From Candidatus Micrarchaeota archaeon (GTDB taxonomy: Archaea > Micrarchaeota > Micrarchaeia > Micrarchaeales > CABMGC01), in assembly GCA_027345185.1 (NCBI GenBank), contig DAHWIK010000044.1:3396-67395 (forward strand): DNA of 64,000 nucleotides, in the 5' to 3' direction. Below the pieces are notes generated by a model. It ran no database searches, was not told the origin of the DNA, and was given only the letters and a program-made list of their open reading frames with translations. Position numbers and translations under genes: made by a program. Shown piece by piece: positions 29,260-39,048 of the stretch. How positions within the stretch are numbered: position 1 is the stretch's first letter; each line of letters opens with the position of its first letter.

Positions 29260-29787
29260 ATGACTGTTAAGACCATTGCAGTGATTGGAAGCGATTCTGG
29301 GCTTGAAAATTCAAATGCCATTGCAGAAGAGCTTGGGACTGCTATTGCTAAAAAAGGCTTTCAGATAGTCACCGGTGCTGGACAGGGATTGCCGCTGAAA
29401 GCAGCAGCTGCTGCAAAACGTGCTGGAGCAAGAGTGTATGGTGTCTCTCCTTGGGAAGACGCCGCCGAACATAATAAAAAACAGTCTGGTCAGGATGGAA
29501 TATTTGATTTCATATCGTATACAGGATTCGGAATGAAGGGGAGGAACGTGATATTGATAAGGAGTGCTGATGCGGTGGCCATGGTAGGTGGAGCTATGGG
29601 TACCTTGAATGAATTCACAGTTGCATTCGATGAGGGTAAGATCATAGGGGTCCTGGAAGGGAGCGGTGGCAGCAGCGACATAGTTAGGACGATAGCCCCG
29701 TTGGGCAGGGACAAAGGAGCTAAAGTGGTATACACAAAAGATCCTGAAAAACTAGTCGAAATGATTGAAGAATTACTTAACAAATAG
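29260..29787 (+). CDS. LOG/TIGR00725-like Rossmann-fold nucleotide-binding protein
   Basis: IAVIGSDSG, VTGAGQG and VGGAMGTLNEF (LOG-type PGGxGTxxE-like motif). Confidence 0.5.
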   Translation: MTVKTIAVIGSDSGLENSNAIAEELGTAIAKKGFQIVTGAGQGLPLKAAAAAKRAGARVYGVSPWEDAAEHNKKQSGQDGIFDFISYTGFGMKGRNVILIRSADAVAMVGGAMGTLNEFTVAFDEGKIIGVLEGSGGSSDIVRTIAPLGRDKGAKVVYTKDPEKLVEMIEELLNK

Positions 29788-29830
29788 ATTAGCTTTAGGA
29801 GCTTGGGAGCAGATTTCTAGAAAGAATATG

Positions 29831-29902
29831 AGCCTTAGGAGGGGATCGAACCCCCGACTTCCGGTTTACAAAACCGGCGCTCTACCACTGAGCTACTAAG
29901 GC
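29831..29902 (-). tRNA. tRNA-Thr (anticodon UGU), no intron, no encoded CCA
   Basis: Manually folded cloverleaf: acceptor GCCTTAG/CTAAGGC, D arm GCTC-AGTGGTA-GAGC, anticodon arm CCGGT-TTTGTAA-ACCGG, T arm GGGGG-TTCGATC-CCCTC. Confidence 0.9.
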
Positions 29903-29927
29903 ACGAGACTAATTAGAACTACAAAGC

Positions 29928-29935
29928 TTAAAAAA
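29928..29935 (-). promoter_or_regulatory. Putative TATA box for tRNA-Thr
   Basis: The minus strand reads TTTTTTAA, centred about 29 nt upstream of the tRNA 5' end. Confidence 0.35.
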
Positions 29936-30003
29936 GTGACTTGGAAAGCTTGATGCGAATTTATGTTGCAATCCCTGAATTGGCTTTCGCTAGCGGTTGC
30001 ATC

Positions 30004-30040
30004 AAAATAAGGAAAGGGGAGCAGCTTCAATCGCTGCTCC
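30004..30040 (-). terminator. Hairpin plus T-rich tract at the end of the AdoMet decarboxylase gene
   Basis: 8-bp stem GGAGCAGC/GCTGCTCC (30018-30025 / 30033-30040) spans the stop codon. On the minus strand it is followed by CCTTTCCTTATTTT. Confidence 0.4.
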
Positions 30041-30461
30041 TATTCGCGTAAAATATCTGGTGCCTCTTTGGCTTGAGCTCCGATACCACATAGTTGAATG
30101 CAGCATGGGGATCAGAATGCTCTCCACAGGTGTATATGTCAAGGGTAGCGTATTTATACTCGTTCCATGTGTGCAGAACCATGTGGCTCTCTGTGACGAG
30201 TGCAATCACTGAAACGCCCCCCTTCTTGCCTCCGAATGCCTTTGCGTCTATATTGACAAGGGTCATCTTCGCCCTGCTTACCGCGTTGAGTATCAATCCC
30301 TTCAGGAATACCGGGTCTGAGGCCAGCTTCGGGTCAAGTCCATAAAGATTTCCAAAAACATGTAGACCCACAATCCTATCTTCCTTTTCTTTAGGAATAG
30401 TTATCTGCACTTCCCTGCTCTTTGCCTTTGGTTTCGCGTGTTGTGTCAAGAGTGTTGTCAT
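30027..30461 (-). CDS. speH: S-adenosylmethionine decarboxylase proenzyme (pyruvoyl, class 1)
   Basis: Self-cleavage and active-site region [25 protein letters not shown] (canonical ESH..HTWPE...D.FTCG). Confidence 0.85.
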   Translation of the reverse strand: MTTLLTQHAKPKAKSREVQITIPKEKEDRIVGLHVFGNLYGLDPKLASDPVFLKGLILNAVSRAKMTLVNIDAKAFGGKKGGVSVIALVTESHMVLHTWNEYKYATLDIYTCGEHSDPHAAFNYVVSELKPKRHQIFYANRSSD

Positions 30462-30591
30462 TTCATCTAGAACCTGGTTGTTGAACCAAACCCGTAGCTT
30501 TTTAATTTCCTTTCAGTAATTTGTAATTATGCAAGGAATACTAATTTAAATATATTCCCCAAGATTCGCATACATCAATACGCAGATTTTT

Positions 30592-32733
30592 ATGAACATA
30601 AAGGATTTGGTAGGCAAAGTGCCGGTCGAGTTAGTCGAATCCCTAGACAAAAGAGGGATATCAGAGCTCACCCCTCCGCAGAAGCTTGCAGTCGAATATG
30701 GACTGACTAGCGGGAAAAATTTCGTGGTAGCCGCGCCAACTGCAAGCGGAAAGACATTGATAGCAGAAATTGCGATGCTGAAATCTGTAATGTGGGACAG
30801 AAAAAAGGCAGTTTACATAGCTCCTATGAGAGCGCTTGTACGGGAAAAGTACAACGACTTCAAGAAGGATTATCCATACCTCAAGATAGCGATGTCGATA
30901 GGAGACCTTGATTCGCTTGATAGGTGGCTAGAGGACTACGACATAATACTTGCATCGACAGAAAAGCTCGACAGCCTGATAAGGCACGGAGTTAACTGGC
31001 TGGAGAGCATAGGCTGCATAGTAGTGGACGAGGTGCACATGCTGGATGAGCAGGGACGGGGGCCTACCCTAGAAATACTCATCTCAAAGCTGAAGAGAAT
31101 GTGTCCGAATGCGCAGATCCTCGCACTAAGCGCGACTGTAGGAAACTCGAAGGAGCTTGCCGAATGGCTCTCTGCAGAACTTATAGAGAGCAATTACCGG
31201 CCCGTACTTCTTGAGAAGGGAATAGAACTTGACGGAAAGGCAGTATACGATACTGGAAGGGAAGAGCAACTCGAAAGCAAGAACAAGATACCGGAAATCA
31301 GAGTAACAGAGGACACGATAAAGAAAAACAAGCAGATAATCGTCTTCTATAGCACTAAAAGGAATGCCGAAGCTGGATCTGAACGGCTTGCTGGGGTTGT
31401 ATCAAAATATCTCTCGCTGGAGGATAAGGAGTATCTCAGCGGGCTTAGCGAGAAGATCCTGAAGGTCCTTGGCAGGCCGACGCTTCAATGCGAGAAGCTT
31501 GCAAAGTCGATACTGAGTGGCACTGCGTTCCACCACGGAGGCCTGGTTAATGAACAGAGGGAGCTTGTGGAGGACGCATTCAGGGAGAATAGGATAAAGG
31601 CAGTCTGCTCCACAAGCACGCTTGGGTTGGGTGTCAATCTCCCCGCGCACACCGTTCTGATAAGGGACCTGACAAGGTATGGCGAGAGGTTCGGGCAGGA
31701 GTACATAGGAATAAACGAGGTTACCCAGCTCTTCGGAAGGGCCGGAAGGCCGAAGTATGACAAAACAGGAAGGGCCTTGATAATCGCAAAATCGAAGGCA
31801 GAGGAACAGGATCTTTACAACAGGTACATACTATCAGATCTTGAGCCGGTGACATCGAAGCTTGGGATACTTCCGGTGCTGAGAACGCACGTGCTGGCAT
31901 TCGTAGCCACAAAATTCCTTACAAGCGAGGGATCAATACTCGACTTTATGGGAAGCACATTCTACGGCTACCAGTACTCTGACAACCGTGAGCTTAAGAA
32001 CATGATAAATGAGGTGCTGGCAGAGCTTGAGGAGTGGAGGTTCCTCGAAAGGAGAGGAAGCATATACAACGCAACAAGAATAGGGCACAGAGTTAGCGAG
32101 CTGTACATAGATCCGCTTTCAGCAAAGTGGATGATCGACTCTATACCGAAGATAACTGACGACATATCCATACTGTTCATGATATCAAACACTGCGGAGA
32201 TGAGGCCGTATGTCAAAGCCACCCCTGAGGCTGAGGATAGGTACTTAGAGTACCAGTCCATGGTGGACAACAGCATAGCTAGATATGAGGAGGGAGAATC
32301 AATGTTCTATGACCCGGTGAAGCCGTTCAGCACTGCACTTATGCTTAATGACTGGATAGCGGAGAAGGTAGAGCGCGAGATAATGAAGGATTACAGGACA
32401 ACGCCAGGCGCGCTCTTCGCAAAGGTCACGAATGCGGATTGGCTGCTCTACGCCGGTATGGAGCTTGCAAAGCTTTCAAGGATGAATACCGTGAAGCTCC
32501 TTGAGATGAGGGTGAGGGTCAAGTATGGGGTGAGAAAGGAGCTTATGGACCTGATAAGGCTTGAGCAGGTAGGTCGGGTCAGGGCGAGGATGATGTTCGA
32601 CAACGGCATAAAGAAGGCATACGACATAAGGAAGCCTGAGTCTCAGGAGGCCATAAGGGCAATGTTCGGCAAGGATATAGCGAACAGGATAATAACGCAG
32701 GTGGTAGAGGTCAAGGAAGGCGAAGTCACCTGA
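30592..32733 (+). CDS. hel308: Ski2-like DNA helicase Hel308/Hjm
   Basis: Motif I AAPTASGKT, motif II DEVH, SAT, and motif VI QLFGRAGRP. 713 aa with a C-terminal winged-helix/ratchet-length region. Confidence 0.88.
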   Translation: MNIKDLVGKVPVELVESLDKRGISELTPPQKLAVEYGLTSGKNFVVAAPTASGKTLIAEIAMLKSVMWDRKKAVYIAPMRALVREKYNDFKKDYPYLKIAMSIGDLDSLDRWLEDYDIILASTEKLDSLIRHGVNWLESIGCIVVDEVHMLDEQGRGPTLEILISKLKRMCPNAQILALSATVGNSKELAEWLSAELIESNYRPVLLEKGIELDGKAVYDTGREEQLESKNKIPEIRVTEDTIKKNKQIIVFYSTKRNAEAGSERLAGVVSKYLSLEDKEYLSGLSEKILKVLGRPTLQCEKLAKSILSGTAFHHGGLVNEQRELVEDAFRENRIKAVCSTSTLGLGVNLPAHTVLIRDLTRYGERFGQEYIGINEVTQLFGRAGRPKYDKTGRALIIAKSKAEEQDLYNRYILSDLEPVTSKLGILPVLRTHVLAFVATKFLTSEGSILDFMGSTFYGYQYSDNRELKNMINEVLAELEEWRFLERRGSIYNATRIGHRVSELYIDPLSAKWMIDSIPKITDDISILFMISNTAEMRPYVKATPEAEDRYLEYQSMVDNSIARYEEGESMFYDPVKPFSTALMLNDWIAEKVEREIMKDYRTTPGALFAKVTNADWLLYAGMELAKLSRMNTVKLLEMRVRVKYGVRKELMDLIRLEQVGRVRARMMFDNGIKKAYDIRKPESQEAIRAMFGKDIANRIITQVVEVKEGEVT

Positions 32734-32911
32734 ATTAGGCCCCTGCGCCACCCAAGTTCTCGCCATGTAGGCGACAAAATCCTGTTTTTGGCCTAAAAAT
32801 CGCGATTTGTATACGGAAAATCCGCTTCCTTGATAAAAAGAACCAAGGGAAAGCCTTATAAAAATGATTTGCACATGAATATGTAGTCGTTAAAGGCGAC
32901 TAGTGATATAA

Positions 32912-33277
32912 ATGGGAGTTTTCGACAAGCTTGGACAAGCATTTGGATCCAGCAAAGAGATGAATATAGAAGAATACATGAATTCCGTAGAGATGGAGAA
33001 CGTAGACCTGTTGCACGAGCCTGCAGATATGTATGTGAAGCCAGTATCGATATCTAGCGAGGACGAGGTAAAGGCAATACAGGACGAGGTGTCAAAGAAG
33101 AACATAATACTTCTTGACATAACCGAACTGAGCAAGAGGCCGACGACATTGAAGAATGTCATAGCAGCGCTCAAGGCGTACGTTCAGAAGCTCAATGGGG
33201 ACATCGGACAGATAGATGCCACAAGGATACTGATAACGCCTTCAAAGGTAAAGATAATAAAAAGGAGAAAGCAGTAA
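32912..33277 (+). CDS. sepF: Cell division protein SepF (archaeal DUF552)
   Basis: 121 aa. NIILLDITELSKR...LNGDIGQIDATRILITPSKVKI matches the SepF core. Confidence 0.75.
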   Translation: MGVFDKLGQAFGSSKEMNIEEYMNSVEMENVDLLHEPADMYVKPVSISSEDEVKAIQDEVSKKNIILLDITELSKRPTTLKNVIAALKAYVQKLNGDIGQIDATRILITPSKVKIIKRRKQ

Positions 33278-33280
33278 ACC

Positions 33281-33964
33281 TTACTTTAGAGCAGTGATCA
33301 ACGCGTGTATCTCCTGCCTATTCGGCTGGGAGATGTACACTAGACGCCTGAAGATGCTCCTTACTGCTTTTTTGTTCCTTATCCTTTTCTTTTCTATTAG
33401 CATGTCAAACAGCCTGAATAGATAGTCCGTCTCCTTCTTGTCCAGCTTCCTGTTTGAGATGTCATCGTATACAGGCTTGAATCCGCTTGAATTGAGCAGG
33501 TACAGGATTATCCCGAGCGCGTGCGATATGTTGAGAACTGGATATTCGGGGTTTGTGCCTATGTATGCTACCATATCACACCTCTCTATCTCATACTTTG
33601 TAAGGCCTATGTCATCCCTTCCTATCAGTATCCCTACGGTCTTGTTCCCTTTGAGCTTGGAGATCTTCTTTATTGTCTCGTCTATCAGATAGATTCTCTT
33701 GAAGTTTACCTTTGCCTTTCTCCATATGCCTGTAGTGCCAACAACCACATCGCAGTCGGATATTGCAGACTCAAGGTCAGGATATATCTTCGCTCCGGCG
33801 AGGAGGTCCCTGGCATGCTTGGCGAACATTATCGCCCTCTCTCCTATCTTAGTCCTGGGTTTTACAAGAAAGAGCCTTGACACGCCGAAGTTTTTTGATA
33901 TCCTTGCTATGTATCCGATGTTTATCTGGTATCTGGGCTGGACTATTATTATCTTGAACCTCAA
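33281..33964 (-). CDS. SpoU/TrmH-family RNA 2'-O-methyltransferase (TrmJ-like)
   Basis: IIVQPRYQINIGYIARISKNFG, LIGRDDIGLT and NISHALGIILY (SPOUT knot motifs). Confidence 0.7.
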   Translation of the reverse strand: MRFKIIIVQPRYQINIGYIARISKNFGVSRLFLVKPRTKIGERAIMFAKHARDLLAGAKIYPDLESAISDCDVVVGTTGIWRKAKVNFKRIYLIDETIKKISKLKGNKTVGILIGRDDIGLTKYEIERCDMVAYIGTNPEYPVLNISHALGIILYLLNSSGFKPVYDDISNRKLDKKETDYLFRLFDMLIEKKRIRNKKAVRSIFRRLVYISQPNRQEIHALITALK

Positions 33965-33973
33965 CGGATCACC

Positions 33974-34660
33974 TCAGCTCAGGGCTATTAGCCCTATCAC
34001 TGCGATGGTGTTTACAAGTATGTGCGCCACTATGCCAGGGTATATGGATTTCGTCTTCTTGAAGACATATCCGGTGATGAGGCCGAATATCAGCGCGCCT
34101 ATCATCTCGACTCCAAACGTCGACATGTAGCTGTAGTGGGCCAGCCCGAATATGACGGCACTTGGTATTATGCCTATCCTTGGCACAAGGAATCCCCTGA
34201 ACATTATCTCCTCGTTTATTGGCTCTATTACCGCGATGAAGACAAAGAACCACATCGGCGCACCTGCGTAGACTATGCTTGTGTTGGTGTTTATCGGGAC
34301 GTTGGTAGCCGCGCTTATCAACCCTATAAGTATCTCGAAGATGATTATTATCAGGAAGATGAAGATCCCGAGCAGCACCTTTCCGGACACCCCATCCGAT
34401 ATGAAGCCCAGGCTCCTGCCAATCTTCGACGGAGTCATCCTCTTGTAGAAAAGAAGGTATAGTCCTATGGCTATCGAGAGAGGCAGCAGTGAGGCTACAT
34501 CGGTAAGGAAGTTGAAGTTATTCTGGCCTATGTATCCCTGCTGGTACAATAGGTATACCAGTGCGGTGAGAAATGTCGCTATGACTAAGTATATGAATAC
34601 GAATATTGCTGTAGCAAGCAGGCCCTGGAATAGGGTCGGCCTCTTCGCTCTCCTAGGCAT
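33974..34660 (-). CDS. CPBP (CAAX) family intramembrane glutamic endopeptidase
   Basis: EPINEEIMFRGFL (EExxxR), FGLAHY and HILVN motifs in a polytopic protein. Confidence 0.8.
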   Translation of the reverse strand: MPRRAKRPTLFQGLLATAIFVFIYLVIATFLTALVYLLYQQGYIGQNNFNFLTDVASLLPLSIAIGLYLLFYKRMTPSKIGRSLGFISDGVSGKVLLGIFIFLIIIIFEILIGLISAATNVPINTNTSIVYAGAPMWFFVFIAVIEPINEEIMFRGFLVPRIGIIPSAVIFGLAHYSYMSTFGVEMIGALIFGLITGYVFKKTKSIYPGIVAHILVNTIAVIGLIALS

Positions 34661-34834
34661 TCATTGACCTTTTGGGCTCTTGAACTCGGTATAAGCGCAT
34701 CTGCCGCATGCTAACCTGTCCGCATGGTCAGCCATCCTTGCTCCGCACTTGGGACAGAACTTGGCCGCCGGCGTGTACTTGAATGCCGGACCCTTCTTCT
34801 CCTTTTTAGCTGGTGCATCTACCATATATGTCAT
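34661..34834 (-). CDS. rps27ae: Ribosomal protein S27ae (eS31), zinc-ribbon type
   Basis: Below the ORF-track size cut-off. Manual translation: [57 protein letters not shown]. It sits directly downstream of S24e, as is conserved in archaea, and its stop abuts the next gene's start. Confidence 0.75.
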   Translation of the reverse strand: MTYMVDAPAKKEKKGPAFKYTPAAKFCPKCGARMADHADRLACGRCAYTEFKSPKGQ

Positions 34835-34835
34835 C

Positions 34836-35147
34836 TTATTTTGCAGTCGCGCTGCTCTTCTCCTGCGGCTTCTTGCCCTTCTCTCCCCTCTTCTTCACGA
34901 GCTTCTCCATTACTTCCTTACTCGCGTACGTGTATGCAGTTATGTCGCTAAGCCTGAGCCCGTACTGCTGCTTTATCTCCCTTATCTCGACAAGCGCAGG
35001 GTCAAGGCTAAGCCTCTTGCAGAGCTCCTCCTTTACCTCGTCCTTAGTAGGCGTCTTGTCTGTATAAGTCGCAGATGCGGATATCTCCCTCCTGCCAAGA
35101 AGCCTGTTGTCGTAGTCGTTAGTTATCTTAAGTTCCATTTCATCCAC
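34836..35147 (-). CDS. rps24e: Ribosomal protein S24e
   Basis: [24 protein letters not shown]...[11 protein letters not shown]. The start may instead be the second ATG at 35138. Confidence 0.85.
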   Translation of the reverse strand: MDEMELKITNDYDNRLLGRREISASATYTDKTPTKDEVKEELCKRLSLDPALVEIREIKQQYGLRLSDITAYTYASKEVMEKLVKKRGEKGKKPQEKSSATAK

Positions 35148-35544
35148 CCCCCATCACCCTTGATATCGCCTTCTTGTTCATGCTCTCCATTACCTCCACC
35201 TCCGCTCCTGGCTTCAATGAGCCTTTCAGGTCCTCAGGTATTGGAACTTCATAAGTTTCATAGCTTTCAAGGTCCATGAGTTGAACGAGATTTTCAGTTA
35301 TTGAAACCACCTGCGCCTTCTTCTTGTTTATTACCGGTACTTCTATGTCTGCAGAGCTTGGCTTTAGGAGGGTCTTCTTTGATCCGTCGAATATGCCCAC
35401 TGCTGTGATCCTCATCTTGGCAGCACCGTGCTTCCCTGGGGAGGAGACATCAATCTCAACAACCCTGCATGGAACGCCGTCTATGAGCAGGAATCTTCCT
35501 GGCTTTAGATCCTTCATAGAGCCGTAAGTTATCTCCTCTGACAA
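35140..35544 (-). CDS. eif5a: Translation initiation factor 5A
   Basis: Hypusine loop SSPGKHGAAK and the KPGRFLLIDGVPCRVVE SH3-like N domain. Confidence 0.9.
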   Translation of the reverse strand: MSEEITYGSMKDLKPGRFLLIDGVPCRVVEIDVSSPGKHGAAKMRITAVGIFDGSKKTLLKPSSADIEVPVINKKKAQVVSITENLVQLMDLESYETYEVPIPEDLKGSLKPGAEVEVMESMNKKAISRVMGGG

Positions 35545-35583
35545 TGAATCACGCTAACTTGATGCAAATTCAAATTTAAATAC

Positions 35584-36105
35584 TTAACGACTCTTTCCTT
35601 GCCCTGGTGTCTTGCGCGGTTTAGACCCGATGAAGCTGATTGCAGCCCCAGTAGACCATGCCTGGGGACTGCATGGTGGTATTTTCATCCGCCAGTCAGG
35701 TATAAGCTCGTTCTTCCTGCTGACCCCGTAGAACTCAGGGATAGCTCCCTTGGCTTCAAAGGCACTGATTATTGCGTCCCTGATCTGGAGGTACCTGCTG
35801 CTGTTCCTGCTGCTGCGCAGGCCTTTTGCTATAATCCAGTTGTCGTGCGGCCAAATCGATCCGCGCTGGTATGAGAGCTCATCGAACTCTCCGCTATTGG
35901 ACGACTCTGTCCTTATCCCATAACTTGTGAACATTCCGCCTCCGAAAATTGATTCTATCACGCGCTCCTCCTGGTCTCTGTCAAGAATTCCTGTGAATAG
36001 GAGATGGCCCACGTTGCTTGACACCTGCCTTATCGCCCTGCCGTTTGCAACTGCGACTACTGGAGATTTGATGCTCGCAGAGCGTACTTTTGATATTGCC
36101 GTGCA
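35584..36105 (-). pseudogene. C-terminal remnant of an amylo-alpha-1,6-glucosidase / glycogen debranching enzyme (GDE_C-like)
   Basis: YGIRTESSN...YQRGSIWPHDNWIIAKGL...IPEFYG...CSPQAWSTGA matches the C-terminal third of the (alpha/alpha)6 enzymes. Only about 170 codons are open, there is no ATG, and an in-frame stop lies at 36106-36108. About 450 N-terminal residues are missing. Confidence 0.6.
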
Positions 36106-36210
36106 TTACCGCCTTGGTGAAGAAAGTGAGGCGCGGGCCAGAAGGATGATTGGCTTGGTCTCATTCTCGAATGCTATGAGGCTAGAAGCTGAAGGGAACT
36201 GACTCTGATT

Positions 36211-36867
36211 TTATCGCCCTATGCTTACAGTCTTTATGTCATCCATTGAATTGACAATGAAGTCCTCGTGCTCTACCACAACATACCCCAATGACCGCCT
36301 TCCAAAGAATTCTGCTGTCCTATTCAGCGTTCCGCAGAACGTGGTCCTGCTTGTAATCGATTTCCCGAGGAAATGGAGATGACCAAGGAAAAGATAGTCG
36401 CTTGGCCTGGCCTTTAGCAAGGTCCTTGCCAGTATGCCTACAAGAAAAGGTACCGGACCATATGCGCCCCTAGAAACGGATAGTAGCACCATTCCCTTGC
36501 CTATCTTCTCCAGGTGCCTTGAGCGCTCTATGTTTCCATGGGAGAAGAGCATGTTGCCCTTTCGGTATACGAGATGGTTTCTGTTCATCGTCTTTAGGGA
36601 GTTTGCATACTGAAGCACCTTCCTGCGCTTGTCCTGGAACAGGTAGTCTCCATCCCCTAGCATTAGTATGGTCCTGCTCATTGGAAAGATCCCGGATACC
36701 TGTGCCACAAACTTTCTGTAGAGCACAACTGCGTCGTCCCCGTTTCTAGTGTCTATATTGTCCCCTAGAAATGCTAGGTTGTCCGGTTTTACCTTCTTGA
36801 TCATCTGCCTTACCTCTGCAATGCTGCCTACAGGATAATGCACGTCGGATATTATTAGGAGTCTCAT
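36211..36867 (-). CDS. Calcineurin-like metallophosphoesterase
   Basis: LIISDVHYP, FLGDNID, GDGD, HGN and GHLH motifs. Confidence 0.65.
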   Translation of the reverse strand: MRLLIISDVHYPVGSIAEVRQMIKKVKPDNLAFLGDNIDTRNGDDAVVLYRKFVAQVSGIFPMSRTILMLGDGDYLFQDKRRKVLQYANSLKTMNRNHLVYRKGNMLFSHGNIERSRHLEKIGKGMVLLSVSRGAYGPVPFLVGILARTLLKARPSDYLFLGHLHFLGKSITSRTTFCGTLNRTAEFFGRRSLGYVVVEHEDFIVNSMDDIKTVSIGR

Positions 36868-36909
36868 CTCACTTGACCTGCTACAAGTAGCTTGTGTTCA
36901 ATAAAACAT

Positions 36910-36936
36910 AAAAAAAGAGAGGGCTTTTGCCCTCTC
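36910..36936 (-). terminator. Stem-loop plus T-run downstream of ftsZ
   Basis: Perfect 8-bp stem GAGAGGGC/GCCCTCTC (36917-36924 / 36929-36936) with a 4-nt loop. On the minus strand it is followed by TTTTTTT. Confidence 0.55.
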
Positions 36937-36946
36937 CCAATCAAAA

Positions 36947-37966
36947 TCAGTAGAGCGTGCCTATGCTTTCTATATTCAGGGCAGCGACCTTCTCCTCGCT
37001 TCTCGCCCTCTCCCCGAACTTTGCCTTGACCCCTGTTACTACGGACATTACGCGTATCTCGTCCCTTAGCTCAGGGACCATCCTTGCTCCGAATATCACG
37101 TTCGCGTTTCCTGCAACGCCCTCGGTCACTCCTTCACCTATCTGCGTTGCCTCGCTTATGGTAAGGCTCGTTCCTCCGACTACCTGTATCAGGCCGCCCT
37201 TTGCGCCATCATAGTCGACTGAAAGCAATGGATGCGCCCTTGTTGACTTTACCGCCTGTTCCACTCTGTCAGAGCCTCTCCCGTATCCTAGGCTTATCAC
37301 TGCGGTTCCGGTATTCCTGACCACATTCTTCAAGTCTGCAAAATCAAGGTTTATCAGGCTCGGAAGTGTTATGCAGTCTGCTATGCCCTTTACGGCATTC
37401 CCTGTGACGTTGTCAACTACCTCGAATGCCCTCTCTATGGGCAGGTTGGGCACGTATGACAAGAGCTTGTCGTTCTCTATCACTATCGTGCAGTCAGCTT
37501 CCTTGTTAAGCTGCTCCAGGCCCCAATCGGCCTTGAACCTTCTGCTCCTCTCAAGAGAGAACGGATATGTGACTGTGGCAACAACCACTGCCCCCAGCTC
37601 CCTTGCAACTCTTGCAACTGTAGGTGCAGCTCCTGTACCAGTTCCTCCTCCCATGCCTGCGGCAACAAACACCAGATTGTACCCTTCGAGCATCTTTTCT
37701 ATCTCTCCGCGGCTTACGTCTGCGCACTTCGCTGCCACCTCTGGGAACCCTCCTGCACCCAAGCCGTTTGTTATGTTCTTTCCTATAAGAAGCTTCTTGT
37801 TGGCCTTTATCATGTTGAGGTGCCCTATATCAGTGTTTACTGCTATAGTGTCAGCACTCTTCATTCCGTAATTGAACAGCCTGTTCACCAGGTTGCTTCC
37901 CTGTCCGCCTACCCCTACCACAGCTATTTTTGGGCTGAAGGAGTCATAGTCAAATTGGTCTACCAT
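36947..37966 (-). CDS. ftsZ: Cell division GTPase FtsZ (paralogue, downstream copy)
   Basis: GVGGQGSNLVNRL and tubulin signature GMGGGTGTGAAP. Confidence 0.9.
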   Translation of the reverse strand: MVDQFDYDSFSPKIAVVGVGGQGSNLVNRLFNYGMKSADTIAVNTDIGHLNMIKANKKLLIGKNITNGLGAGGFPEVAAKCADVSRGEIEKMLEGYNLVFVAAGMGGGTGTGAAPTVARVARELGAVVVATVTYPFSLERSRRFKADWGLEQLNKEADCTIVIENDKLLSYVPNLPIERAFEVVDNVTGNAVKGIADCITLPSLINLDFADLKNVVRNTGTAVISLGYGRGSDRVEQAVKSTRAHPLLSVDYDGAKGGLIQVVGGTSLTISEATQIGEGVTEGVAGNANVIFGARMVPELRDEIRVMSVVTGVKAKFGERARSEEKVAALNIESIGTLY

Positions 37967-38004
37967 ATTGGATCACCAAATACCAAGATATGAAGGCATA
38001 GCCC

Positions 38005-39048
38005 TCATATCATGTCCAAGCCACCATACTTGACCTGCTGTGGTTCGTCGGCGAATTTCCCTACGATGCTTGATCCCTTCACTCCTGTAACTATGGCAAC
38101 TATCTCTAGCTGGCCCTCGTATCCAGGTATGATCCTTGCACCCCACTTTACGTTTGCCTTTGGATCCATCCTCTCGGTTATGATCTCTCCGGCTTTTATC
38201 GCATCTCCAAGGCTCAAGTCAGATGCACCAGATATGTGAATTAGTGCTCCCTTTGCATTCTCGAAGTCAACATCCAGAAGCTTATTCTTTAGGACAGCCT
38301 CAGCTGCAGAACCAACCTTGTCGTTTCCCTTTCCAGTTCCCACAGATATGAAGCCAACGTCTCCGCTTCCCATTATGGACCTTACGTCTGCAAAATCAAT
38401 GTTTATCAGGCTCGGCTGGGTTATTGTCCATACCAATCCTCCTATTGCCTTAGCTAGGATGTCGTCCGCTACAGCGAATGCCTCATTCATAGGCAGGTTG
38501 GGTACAAGCTTTACCAGCCTGTTGTTGTCCAGAAGTATTACACTGTCGCTGAACTTCCTTAGCCTCTGGATTCCGTCCTCTGCCTTTACCTTTCTCACCC
38601 TTTCCAGGTCGAATGGATATGTGACCATTGCAACCACTATCGCGCCCTGCTCCTTTGCAATCTGGGCAATTACCGGTATTGCTCCGGTTCCTGTTCCTCC
38701 TCCCATGCCTGCGCAAAGGAATACAAGCTGTGCTCCGGACAGAACCTCCTCGAGCTGCTGTCTGTCAGCCTCCGCGGCCTTGGCCCCGACTTCAGGATCT
38801 CCTCCTGCTCCGAGCCCCCGGGTCATGCTCTTTCCTATGAGGATCTTCTTTATTCTGTCATCGACTATCTTAAAGTGTGTAACATCAGTGTTGACAGCAA
38901 TGAGTTCCGTGCCCTTTACGCCAACCTTCAGTAATCGGTTTACGGTATTGTTACCTCCGCCTCCTACTCCTATTGTTACTATCTTTATCTGTGGAGCGCC
39001 GCTCGCGCTCTCCTCGCTTCTACTCAAGTCATTTCCGAATTCTACCAT
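38005..39048 (-). CDS. ftsZ: Cell division GTPase FtsZ (paralogue, upstream copy)
   Basis: GVGGGGNNTVNRL, GMGGGTGTGAIP and NIDFADV. Confidence 0.92.
   Translation of the reverse strand: MVEFGNDLSRSEESASGAPQIKIVTIGVGGGGNNTVNRLLKVGVKGTELIAVNTDVTHFKIVDDRIKKILIGKSMTRGLGAGGDPEVGAKAAEADRQQLEEVLSGAQLVFLCAGMGGGTGTGAIPVIAQIAKEQGAIVVAMVTYPFDLERVRKVKAEDGIQRLRKFSDSVILLDNNRLVKLVPNLPMNEAFAVADDILAKAIGGLVWTITQPSLINIDFADVRSIMGSGDVGFISVGTGKGNDKVGSAAEAVLKNKLLDVDFENAKGALIHISGASDLSLGDAIKAGEIITERMDPKANVKWGARIIPGYEGQLEIVAIVTGVKGSSIVGKFADEPQQVKYGGLDMI

Noticed and set aside
32884-32902. 6-bp hairpin TAGTCG-ttaaagg-CGACTA just upstream of the sepF start codon, and a 5-bp hairpin plus T5 (32760-32789) after hel308.
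   Set aside because: The stems are too short to distinguish from chance without conservation or transcript-end data. They are noted only as possible leader and terminator structures.
34749-35279. 176-aa proline/leucine-rich plus-strand ORF spanning the S24e and aIF5A genes.
   Set aside because: It is antisense to two universally conserved translation genes, has a repetitive low-complexity composition, and shows no motif.
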